DNA from: Bacteroidia bacterium
GTDB lineage: Bacteria > Bacteroidota > Bacteroidia > Bacteroidales > VadinHA17
DNA: 64,000 nucleotides
NCBI GenBank assembly: GCA_026391555.1
Contig: JAPLEB010000124.1
Span: 66,268-130,267 of the forward strand
Direction: 5' to 3'
Under the pieces are notes generated by a model. That model saw nothing but the letters and a program-made list of their open reading frames with translations, ran no database searches and had not been told where the DNA came from. Below, one piece after another: positions 49,130-57,804 of this stretch (positions are counted from its first letter, which is position 1; the number at the start of each line of letters is the position of its first letter). Both the position numbers and the translations under genes were made by a program.

Positions 49130-49226
49130 TGCCTCTGGGTACCCCGAACCCGCCGGTTGGCGGACAGGCGGACAAAAGTTGCAACCAGTCAAGTGAACTT
49201 TTTATGTTCCATACTGGTAGATTATC

Positions 49227-49946
49227 TTAAACAAAATTCCCCTCAATGTACTTCTGAAATATTTCTTTGTATTGTTCACCGACAGGGATATATACTTTAC
49301 CGTCAAATACGATCCTGTTTCGCTCTATCACCTGAATCTTTGAAAGATTAACTATATACGAACGCTGAACTCTCATAAACCGGTTGGATGGCAGATGTTC
49401 TTCAATTGATTTCATACTAAGCTTTGTCATCACAGGCTTATTGTTAATCAAATGTATTTTTATATACTCATGCTGGCTTTCAATATATTTTATATCACAC
49501 AGTTCGATGCGAACTAGCTTATATTCTGATTTAACAAATAAATGATCAGCTGTTGCCCTGATGACTTCTTTTTTGTTAGAATCGGTTAATTCAATAAGTT
49601 TTTTAACCCTGTTTGCCGCCTTCAGAAAATTGCTGAAGGTTATAGGTTTTAATAAATAATCTACTGCTTCTACCTGAAAACCTTCAACAGCGTATTCACT
49701 ATAGGCAGTAGTAAATATAATATATGGTTTGTTTGTCAAGGATTTTACAAATTCAATCCCGTTCATATCAGGCATATTAATGTCAATAAACAAGAGTTGA
49801 ATATCAACTTTACTCAGGAAGCTCATTGCCTCAATTGCGCTCCGGCATTCAGCTACCAGTTCCAGAAAAGGAATTTTCTGAATATAACCTGCCATCTTTT
49901 TTACTGCCAGAGGTTCATCGTCGATAGCAATACATTTTATCCTCAT
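49227..49946 (-). CDS. LytTR-family response regulator
   Basis: REC domain (IAIDDEPLA...LLFIDINMPDMNG...KP) plus a C-terminal LytTR DNA-binding domain. It overlaps the kinase gene by 4 nt. Confidence 0.9.
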   Translation of the reverse strand: MRIKCIAIDDEPLAVKKMAGYIQKIPFLELVAECRSAIEAMSFLSKVDIQLLFIDINMPDMNGIEFVKSLTNKPYIIFTTAYSEYAVEGFQVEAVDYLLKPITFSNFLKAANRVKKLIELTDSNKKEVIRATADHLFVKSEYKLVRIELCDIKYIESQHEYIKIHLINNKPVMTKLSMKSIEEHLPSNRFMRVQRSYIVNLSKIQVIERNRIVFDGKVYIPVGEQYKEIFQKYIEGNFV

Positions 49947-51004
49947 AATGGAATCGATAGTGTTACTTCAAATTCATTTTCAGCGTCAAGTATATTCAAT
50001 TGGAATTTATCATCATATAATAACCTGAGGCTCTCTTTAATATTGCTGAGACCTATTCCGGAGTATTCACCTTGTTGATTTGATCTATTCTTGTGTTTGC
50101 TGTTCTTAATAATACAATGGAGAGATGTTTCATGAATCTGCAGTTCAAAAAAAATGTAAGACTTCAATGGATAAGACACGCCATGTTTAAAGGAATTTTC
50201 TATTAGGGAAATAAAAAGCATCGGAGGTATCTGGGCATCAGGAATATGTTCAGGAATAACTGTTTTAACATCAACTTCATCCGAATGCCTTAGCAGCATC
50301 AACGATATAAAGCTATGTATAAATTCAATTTCTTTTTTCAGTTCGATTGTGTTTTGGGCTGAATCATACAGTAAATACTGCATCAACGTGGACAATCGTT
50401 CTATTGCTTCCTGTGCTTTTGATGAATCAATTTCAACCAGGGCATGAATGTTGTTGAGCGTATTCAAAAAAAAATGAGGGCTTACCTGATGTTTCAGTAA
50501 GGCCAGGTTGGTTTTGAGATGTTCCTTTTCCGCATCTTTTCGCAATTTTTGTTCGCTCCGCCATTTGTACTCGAGTTCAAGAGCTGTGCTGCTGCCAATG
50601 ATGAGTAATGCTGCAATTAAATTGTTAAAAATTGCACCCAGTATAGATTGAAGGTTAAAGGGTGAATTCTGCAGATATTCCGGGGGAGGATTACCTATTT
50701 CAGGATGCAGAGGTGGCCCTATAAAAGGATGAAGAATAATATTCACAACTGCAACCACAGATATCATAACAATTACAATTATGGTATACTGCGATCGTTT
50801 GTTGTTGAACAGGAATTTAGGCACCAGTACAAATAAATTCAACAGAAAGACCAGAAAGAGCAAGGAAAGATTTGTCCAATCCCCGATCATTCTGTTCCAA
50901 CCATTCGGACTAATATCCTGCAAGTAACGTAAATAGGGCGAAATCAATACAAGTACCCAGATTACAGTGTACAGCAGGAGAAACCATTTTCTTGTTTTAA
51001 ACAT
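49943..51004 (-). CDS. LytS/YehU-type sensor histidine kinase
   Basis: Membrane N-terminal half. The H-box region LLKHQVSPHFFLNTLNNI is typical of PF06580, followed by an HATPase-like C-terminus (IENSFKHG, GIGLSN). Confidence 0.85.
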   Translation of the reverse strand: MFKTRKWFLLLYTVIWVLVLISPYLRYLQDISPNGWNRMIGDWTNLSLLFLVFLLNLFVLVPKFLFNNKRSQYTIIVIVMISVVAVVNIILHPFIGPPLHPEIGNPPPEYLQNSPFNLQSILGAIFNNLIAALLIIGSSTALELEYKWRSEQKLRKDAEKEHLKTNLALLKHQVSPHFFLNTLNNIHALVEIDSSKAQEAIERLSTLMQYLLYDSAQNTIELKKEIEFIHSFISLMLLRHSDEVDVKTVIPEHIPDAQIPPMLFISLIENSFKHGVSYPLKSYIFFELQIHETSLHCIIKNSKHKNRSNQQGEYSGIGLSNIKESLRLLYDDKFQLNILDAENEFEVTLSIPL

Positions 51005-51011
51005 TTCTCTT

Positions 51012-52511
51012 TTAATTCAGGTTTTGATAAGCAATAAAAAATGGAGAATTATATATTAATTTAAAATTTTCCGGAACCGGACGGCCCATTGGCGGACCCA
51101 TTGACCGGCCTGGTGGAGGTCCCATTGGCGGGAAACCACCTTTGGAACCAATGGGTTTATGTAATGGCCTCTTACCCAATGGACTTTCCCTGAATTCGTT
51201 TTTTTGCTGCAAAATAATAATATTTCTGAACTTATCTGACACTAGTTTATCCATTGCCCTGTCATTTCCAACTTTTACATTCAATGTCCATGCTGTCCAA
51301 AATTCCAAACCGTGACTTGCAATAATAATAGTACTGTCAGTATTTACAGGAATATATTTGATAATATTTTGCAGATCCCGGAGCGCAAGATTATCAATAA
51401 CTGGCTTTTTCATTTCACGGAGATTCATGGAAATTGAGAAAGTTGCCATAAGAACAAAAATAATTGAAAAAGGAACTGCCAGGTTTTTATTCATTCGTAT
51501 TAAATTAAGAATCAATAAACTCTGAGGAATAAAAAGCAATATCTCAAATCTATGAAAATATTCTATATCAAAAAAAGGAAATGCAAAAATGGAAATTAAA
51601 GCAGCTAATATTAGTACCATATATCCGGTAATGCCAGAGTTGCTCTTTTTATATTTTCTGTATTGAAAAATCGCAAAAAGGGCAAGAAAATATGAAAAGA
51701 GGATATTGAACAAAAGTGGCGGTGGCATAGGTCCTTGCAGCAATGCAGGGTTTTCAAATATTACATTCCAGAAAGTGATTAATCGAAAAGCTCTGTTAAT
51801 ATCAAAAACTGAGATTACTGCAACTCCGATGAGTATGGTTAGTATTGAGGGAAGGATTGCCTTTTTCCGATAAACAAAGAACAGTGAGATTATTAAGAAA
51901 GCCATGCCAAACACAAAAACGCCAAAATGGGTAAGCGCTATTATAAACAACGTTAGTAATGCCAATAGCAGATTACGCTTTTGGTGAGTAATTAAATAAT
52001 TCTCAAAGAAATTAATGAACATAAACAAAAACGGAATGGCAAAAGCATTTTTTTGTAAATCACCAAGCATAATGAATGGTGAAAATGAGAATACCGCAAA
52101 AAACAGAATGGCAATCTCTGCAAAAAAAGGAATATGGCGCTCTTTTACGGATGCGAGTTTGAAAACCGGAACTGCCAATAAAGGCAATGCAATACAATCA
52201 ATTATTTTGATAACCAAAATAATTGATTCATTGGCTATGGCAAGTCCAAATAGAGAAGCAATTTTTATTACAAACGCACAAAAGTAAAAATATATCGGAA
52301 CATCATTATAAGCAAGATGTCCGTTATTCAATATATTCCTGACCTGCAAAGGATAATATCCGCCATCAACACCTAAAATCAAATCATTGGAAAAACTTAT
52401 ATATAACCTTAAGATTATCGCTGTCAGAGTTAATATAATAAATGCAAGAACTCTGGCTGAAAAAATATTCTCAGAGAAAAACGGAATTAACTTACTACGC
52501 TTTTTTTCCAT
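51012..52511 (-). CDS. Large polytopic membrane protein, GT-C-like by topology, with Pro/Gly/Met-rich C-terminal region
   Basis: 499 aa with at least 10 hydrophobic segments. An acidic motif GVDGGYYP follows the first helix. The soluble tail contains GGFPPMGPPPGRSMGPPMGRPVP. The family assignment is inference only. Confidence 0.55.
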   Translation of the reverse strand: MEKKRSKLIPFFSENIFSARVLAFIILTLTAIILRLYISFSNDLILGVDGGYYPLQVRNILNNGHLAYNDVPIYFYFCAFVIKIASLFGLAIANESIILVIKIIDCIALPLLAVPVFKLASVKERHIPFFAEIAILFFAVFSFSPFIMLGDLQKNAFAIPFLFMFINFFENYLITHQKRNLLLALLTLFIIALTHFGVFVFGMAFLIISLFFVYRKKAILPSILTILIGVAVISVFDINRAFRLITFWNVIFENPALLQGPMPPPLLFNILFSYFLALFAIFQYRKYKKSNSGITGYMVLILAALISIFAFPFFDIEYFHRFEILLFIPQSLLILNLIRMNKNLAVPFSIIFVLMATFSISMNLREMKKPVIDNLALRDLQNIIKYIPVNTDSTIIIASHGLEFWTAWTLNVKVGNDRAMDKLVSDKFRNIIILQQKNEFRESPLGKRPLHKPIGSKGGFPPMGPPPGRSMGPPMGRPVPENFKLIYNSPFFIAYQNLN

Positions 52512-52583
52512 TCTATAATTATTTTTATTCCAGTCTAATAAACAATTTGATCCTAAAAACAGGTGTTAATATTTTTACTGAAA

Positions 52584-54935
52584 TTAAAATTGAATTTTGT
52601 AAATGAAATTCGGAAAAAATCCAAGTTGCCAGGTGGTTTTTATCGAACTGTTTCTATCGTCATATTCTTGCGAAAAAACGTTTTTACTATTAGTTACATT
52701 TTGTAAGTCAAGCGAAAACGATTGCGATAATTTTCTTGAACGGCTGTTTTGTGTATATCCGATTTTAAAATCCAATCGAAAATAATTGGAATAATAATCT
52801 GAAAAGGCATTGGTTGATAATTGCGGGTGTCCAAGAGTTTGCGAAGCCGTTAAATCAATTGGAGTGTAAGCTCTTCCACCTGCGTAGGTGAGTTTTAAAT
52901 CTGTACTAATTTTATTTCTGTTTTCACCGCCAACTTTCCATTCTTTTCCGCCTAAGATATTTAAAACGTATCTGCCGTTGAAAGCTGTATTTCGCTCAAA
53001 TCCATCGCTTCCTTTATATTTAGAGCTGTAAAGTGAAGAAGTAAACAAGCCATAATATCCGTTACTGAAGAATTTTTCTATTGTTAATTCAACTCCATAA
53101 TTTTTTCCAGTGCCACTGTTTGTAAGACTGTCTTCCAGATCAGCTTTGAAGCCGGCACCGGTATTTAACATTGAATAGCTGCTGGGAAAGGTATTAACAG
53201 GCACATTGTAGAGATATTGATAATAAACTTCTGCTTTCATTCGCCAGTTTTCAAAAGGGTGCAAGTCGTAACCCAAAACAAAGTGATGACTTTTCGTAAA
53301 ATCCAGATTCTTATTATTATAGCTGTACGAGCCATCATTGTTTTGTGTTTGTAAGAAATAGACATTTATCGGTTGCATTTGCGAATGAAGTCCATATCCA
53401 AAACTTAAGCTGCTTCTTTTATTAATATCATATTTCAGCCCCAGCCGGGGCTCAAAAGAAACAGAATTGTTCAGGAAAAACACTTGGGAATGTACTCCAG
53501 CATTCAGTGTCAGCTTATTGCTAAAACTATATTTGGCATGTATGTAGGCTTGTGCCAGGTTGGTGAAACTGTCATAATCCCATATCTGCTTCCAATCAGA
53601 TAGAATCCTGTCTTTTGTCCGGTAATAAAGATTCAATCCGATCAGCTCATCCTGTATCCCCACCTTTATGAACAACCTTGAATTTATCTTGGAATTAAAA
53701 CTAGTTGAAACATTATACCCTGATTTGGCCACATTATTTTCTTCTTTAGTGAAAGTTTCGTTGGTTTGACGGTCAAAAGCATAATCGGTTTGGTCGGTTT
53801 TTGAATAGTTTAATCCAAGGGTAGAACTGAAATATGATCTATTATTAATTTGTTTGAAATGGTTTAAGCCGATAATGCCAATTTTACTGCTTAAATCATG
53901 CCCGTCTTTACCATACATAGAACCTGTATTTCCTCCGGTAATATTAATGCTGCTTGTTGCCAGGATGCCAAACAAAGTAAACCTGCCGTATTTGGTATTT
54001 CCGCTGTTTATATTAAACGACAGATCCTGATAAGAAGGCATTGCTGTCGTTCCAATGTTTATTCCCATAGCCTGGGCAATACCGGCAAGCGCATATCTGT
54101 ACCCTATAATATATGAAGCACCGGTAGATTTGTTTAATGGCCCTTCAGTTGTAGCTTCAAGACCTGTTATTAAACCTGCCTGCAATGTAGTTTCTCTTTT
54201 CTGTGTATTCCCGTTTCTGAAACCAAGATCGAAAACACCGGCAGTTGCATTTCCATATTCTGCAGGGAAAGCTGAAGTTAAAAAATCGGAGCTTTTAAGC
54301 AGATTGGTGTTTAAGGCACTGACTGCTCCCCCTGTTGTACCCACCGAAGCAAAATGATTAGGGTTTGTAACGTTCATTCCATTGATGCGCCACAAGACAC
54401 CTACTGGTGAATTGCCTCGTATAACAATATCATTTCGGGAATCATCAGGTGCACTGACTCCTGCAAAATTGGCTGCCAGGCGTGCCACATCACTTCTCCC
54501 GCCCGAATAGCGGTTTACTTCTTCTGTTGAAAATGTACGGGCGCTGATAGATGTTAAATTGTTTATTGTTTTGTCTTTGCGATTACCATTTATAACTATC
54601 TCATTCAGTTTTGTAACCGCTTCCTCCATTTCAATATCAAGAATAGTTTCTTTGCCAGATGTTACTGTCACATTCGGAATTATTACTTCTTTGTAACCAA
54701 TAAATGAAGCTTTTATTTCATACCTGTCTGGTGACAAATCAGTAAGGATATACATTCCATAAGCATCAGTCATTGTTCCCTTGCTTGCCGTTTTATTGAT
54801 TATCTGAACCGTAGCTCCCGGAAGCGTTATTTGTGAAAGTTTATCAGTTACGACACCCCGTATATTTTGCTTGTTGTTTTGAGCAAAAGACATTTGTGCA
54901 ATGCAAAGAGGAATTATAAAAATGTATTTTTTCAT
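52584..54935 (-). CDS. TonB-dependent receptor (no SusD partner)
   Basis: Signal peptide, CarboxypepD_reg-like domain (IRGVVTDKLSQITLPGATVQI), plug, and a beta-barrel ending in a terminal F. Confidence 0.85.
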   Translation of the reverse strand: MKKYIFIIPLCIAQMSFAQNNKQNIRGVVTDKLSQITLPGATVQIINKTASKGTMTDAYGMYILTDLSPDRYEIKASFIGYKEVIIPNVTVTSGKETILDIEMEEAVTKLNEIVINGNRKDKTINNLTSISARTFSTEEVNRYSGGRSDVARLAANFAGVSAPDDSRNDIVIRGNSPVGVLWRINGMNVTNPNHFASVGTTGGAVSALNTNLLKSSDFLTSAFPAEYGNATAGVFDLGFRNGNTQKRETTLQAGLITGLEATTEGPLNKSTGASYIIGYRYALAGIAQAMGINIGTTAMPSYQDLSFNINSGNTKYGRFTLFGILATSSINITGGNTGSMYGKDGHDLSSKIGIIGLNHFKQINNRSYFSSTLGLNYSKTDQTDYAFDRQTNETFTKEENNVAKSGYNVSTSFNSKINSRLFIKVGIQDELIGLNLYYRTKDRILSDWKQIWDYDSFTNLAQAYIHAKYSFSNKLTLNAGVHSQVFFLNNSVSFEPRLGLKYDINKRSSLSFGYGLHSQMQPINVYFLQTQNNDGSYSYNNKNLDFTKSHHFVLGYDLHPFENWRMKAEVYYQYLYNVPVNTFPSSYSMLNTGAGFKADLEDSLTNSGTGKNYGVELTIEKFFSNGYYGLFTSSLYSSKYKGSDGFERNTAFNGRYVLNILGGKEWKVGGENRNKISTDLKLTYAGGRAYTPIDLTASQTLGHPQLSTNAFSDYYSNYFRLDFKIGYTQNSRSRKLSQSFSLDLQNVTNSKNVFSQEYDDRNSSIKTTWQLGFFPNFIYKIQF

Positions 54936-54944
54936 TTTTAATGG

Positions 54945-55763
54945 TTATTGAATATTTCTTACGAGACGCACATAGTTTAATATTCTGATAGCATCACCTT
55001 GCGGACCACGTCCTTGTGGAAAATCAGATGCATTACCTGTTTTGGGGTCGCTGCGCTGGCATCCTGCGCCATGAACATCTATCCAGCCTCCGATAGATAA
55101 ATTCATTGGGTCAGTCATATAGCCCATAGCACGTCCAAAAGAGACATAGGCGGCAGCAGAACATCCCATTTGCGAAGACCAACTTACATGTGTTGTACTG
55201 CTCCAATAAAAAGGGTAGTCTTCGTTGCCAGCCTCATTAGTAATTTTGGTGCAACTAAAAAGAGGATCTATTGCGGCTGAATTGCTGGTTGAGGGAGAGC
55301 GTGTATAATCCACAATGCTTTGCAGCTCTTTAGCATCGGGTAAGTGCCAGTCGCTATATCCAGCGAATTGAGCGGTGTCAGCATATTTCAAAGCATCCTG
55401 CCAGTTCATCCCTTCGCCATAATCATTCTGCTTCCACATTAGACCTGTAGCATTATCGCTTATCGTGCCATAACCATTATCGGTAATAGTACCATCGCAG
55501 TTGTTTACATAATCAGGGGAATTTCCGGGATAATTGGCATTTTGACCATAAAATGCTGTGCCTGATGTTGGTGCTGAAATTTCGATTAAACTGTTGTAAA
55601 ATTTTATTTGATTCGTACCTGCAATAGGATAACCCTTGATAGCTGGCAGATTATCAACTATTGCAGTTGTATCTTTTGAACATCCTGCCAAACAAGTGTT
55701 TACGAGGGATAAGCCAGCTATAAATATCGATACCATACTTACGAAATTCATTTTTGTTTTCAT
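54945..55763 (-). CDS. DUF1566 (Lcl C-terminal-like) domain lipoprotein
   Basis: Lipobox LAGC. Contains GLMWKQNDYG...MNWQDALKYA...AGYSDWHLPDAKELQSIVDY, the hallmark DUF1566 motif. Confidence 0.75.
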   Translation of the reverse strand: MKTKMNFVSMVSIFIAGLSLVNTCLAGCSKDTTAIVDNLPAIKGYPIAGTNQIKFYNSLIEISAPTSGTAFYGQNANYPGNSPDYVNNCDGTITDNGYGTISDNATGLMWKQNDYGEGMNWQDALKYADTAQFAGYSDWHLPDAKELQSIVDYTRSPSTSNSAAIDPLFSCTKITNEAGNEDYPFYWSSTTHVSWSSQMGCSAAAYVSFGRAMGYMTDPMNLSIGGWIDVHGAGCQRSDPKTGNASDFPQGRGPQGDAIRILNYVRLVRNIQ

Positions 55764-55845
55764 TGTACTGATGTTTAATAATTTGAAAACAAAAGTGCGA
55801 CTTATAAGGTTTTTAAGAAAATGGAATCAACGAATGATGTGAATG

Positions 55846-55875
55846 CGTCACCAGAAAATAGTTTCTCGTCACCAG
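55846..55875 (-). promoter_or_regulatory. Candidate LytTR-type operator: two 9-bp direct repeats with a 12-bp spacer
   Basis: cgtcaccag occurs at 55846-55854 and again at 55867-55875, a 21-nt start-to-start spacing. The site lies 83-112 nt upstream of the first gene of the operon that encodes the LytTR regulator. Confidence 0.4.
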
Positions 55876-55930
55876 GTAAAAAACCAGTAGTCTTGAGTTT
55901 ATTTGGGTTACCTGCTGTTTTCTTTATGTT

Positions 55931-56214
55931 TTAGCAAAATTTATTAGTGGTTTAGCTGGTTATGAAGATTGCAATGACTGCAATGATTTGCGTGAAGATA
56001 TGATATTCAAAATGTGCGCAGGCAGATTGCCCCAGAGCGACAATGATTTAGCGTCTCAGCCAACAATGACACCTATGGGCAACAAGAACTGGCAATATTT
56101 ATCACCTATTACAACCGAAAATTAAAATCACAACCCCAAGCAGAATAATGACAACCTCAAAAGTCAAATATTATGCTTAATTTTAAGTTTATGAATTAAT
56201 CAGGCTAAATTCAG
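55931..56214 (+). mobile_element. IS1380-family remnant: N-terminal transposase fragment fused to the last ~123 bp of the element
   Basis: Translation LAKFISGLAGYEDCNDCNDLREDMIFKMCAGRLPQSDNDLASQPTMT matches the conserved N-terminal block of IS1380-type DDE transposases. 56092-56214 repeats 43502-43624. No intact ORF. Confidence 0.55.
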
Positions 56215-56322
56215 CTTATTATGAAAAAAGCGAATCTCATTAAATAGAGTATTGTCAGTTTATTTCTTTTCTTCTTTTTAGCCTGTTTAATTAACTTCGT
56301 TGAGGGCTTCGCCGTTCATAAA

Positions 56323-56350
56323 CTTCTGCATGAATAATGCAGGTTAAATA
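56323..56350 (+). repeat. Solo IS-end-like motif, exact copy of 9372-9399
   Basis: The 28-nt exact repeat cttctgcatgaataatgcaggttaaata. It is preceded by cttcgt/cttcgc word repeats and lies 130 bp after the previous element end. Confidence 0.6.
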
Positions 56351-56556
56351 ACGAATCACATCTTAAAAGAAATGTTGGTCAGAAAGGGCATATTGCGTTG
56401 CAGCTTCACACAAAGAGCCGCCTGAAAATGAAATATTAAGGATATCTTTATAAGGGAAATCAAATAAGTTATCTATTAATTCATAATTTTATCAAACGGT
56501 TGTTTTCGTTCATAACGGATTAACATTAACAGGCAGACAAATAAAATGACAACGAA

Positions 56557-57735
56557 ATGAAAAAGGCAGTTCTATTATTTCTCTTGTTATTATCGGTTTT
56601 TTTGATTCCGGTAAGCGGAGTCAAAGCCGATAAAAAAATTGAACGTCAGGTAATGAAACTTCTTAAAAATGAGGTCATTGCACAAGCTGACAAATTATTG
56701 GTCGAAAAACCTGTAACAATCACAAGTTTTGTATGCAAACGCAGTGCCGGAGGTATTCATGATTTCTATTCCGAGGGAGATTACTGGTGGCCAGATCCGG
56801 CTAATCCGGAAGGCCCTTATATCCAGCGTGATGGTATGACCAATCCTGAAAATTTTGTTGACCACAGGAAAGCGATGATAAGATTAAGCCAGATCGTTGG
56901 TTCTTTAGCTTCAGCATATAAAATTACTGGAGATGAAAAATATGTAAAGCAGGCTTTTGTTCATCTCAGGACGTGGTTTGTAGATACTGCCACTCGAATG
57001 AACCCTTCACTTTTATATTCACAGGCAATAAAAGGCAGGTTCACCGGAAGAGGAGTTGGAATAATAGATACTATTCAGCTTATGGAAGTTGCACAGGGAA
57101 TTATTGCAATGGGACAGGCAAAATGTATTGATAAACAACTTCTTAATGCAATAAAGTCGTGGTTTGCCGATTACCTCCAATGGCTGATGACCCATCAGTA
57201 CGGGAAAGACGAGATGAATGCGAAAAATAATCATGGTACATGCTGGGTAATGCAGGCTGCCTCTTTTGCAAAACTGACAGGCAATAATGAGATTCTTGAT
57301 TTTTGTCGTAAGAGATATAAAGAGGCGCTTCTTCCTGACCAAATGGGACCAGATGGTAGTTTTCCACAGGAGATACGACGAACCAAACCTTATGGTTATT
57401 CGCTTTTTAATCTGGATGCTATGACTATGGTTTGCCTCATCCTTTCTGATAAAGACAATGATCTTTGGAATTTTCAGACTTCAGACGGGAAATCAATCCG
57501 CAACGGTATTGAGTTTCTATACCCGTATGTTTCTGACAAAAGTAAATGGCCTTATAAAAAAGATGTAATGTATTGGGATGACTGGCCGGTTGCCCACCCG
57601 TTCCTGCTTTTTGGAGCAAATCAATTTAATGTCATGCCATGGTTTAAAACATGGAGCTCTCTTGACCATTTTCCGAAAGTGGAGGAGGTGGTCAGGAATT
57701 TGCCGGTACGGAATCCTTTAATATGGTTTAACTGA
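56557..57735 (+). CDS. Alginate-lyase-family (PF05426-like, alpha/alpha toroid) protein
   Basis: Has a signal peptide. Motifs: GGIHDFYSEGDYWWPDP, RKAM, GIIDT and NNHGTCW. Confidence 0.65.
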   Translation: MKKAVLLFLLLLSVFLIPVSGVKADKKIERQVMKLLKNEVIAQADKLLVEKPVTITSFVCKRSAGGIHDFYSEGDYWWPDPANPEGPYIQRDGMTNPENFVDHRKAMIRLSQIVGSLASAYKITGDEKYVKQAFVHLRTWFVDTATRMNPSLLYSQAIKGRFTGRGVGIIDTIQLMEVAQGIIAMGQAKCIDKQLLNAIKSWFADYLQWLMTHQYGKDEMNAKNNHGTCWVMQAASFAKLTGNNEILDFCRKRYKEALLPDQMGPDGSFPQEIRRTKPYGYSLFNLDAMTMVCLILSDKDNDLWNFQTSDGKSIRNGIEFLYPYVSDKSKWPYKKDVMYWDDWPVAHPFLLFGANQFNVMPWFKTWSSLDHFPKVEEVVRNLPVRNPLIWFN

Positions 57736-57804
57736 TCCATGTCAACAGGAACATTGCTTGCACAGATAATTCACGGAGATTGAAAAGAATCTAATTAACG
57801 CAAA

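Noticed and set aside
49127-49351. 74-aa plus-strand ORF spanning the GC-rich relic and the 3' end of the LytTR gene.
   Set aside because: It overlaps the terminator hairpin and the well-supported response regulator gene, and shows no motif.
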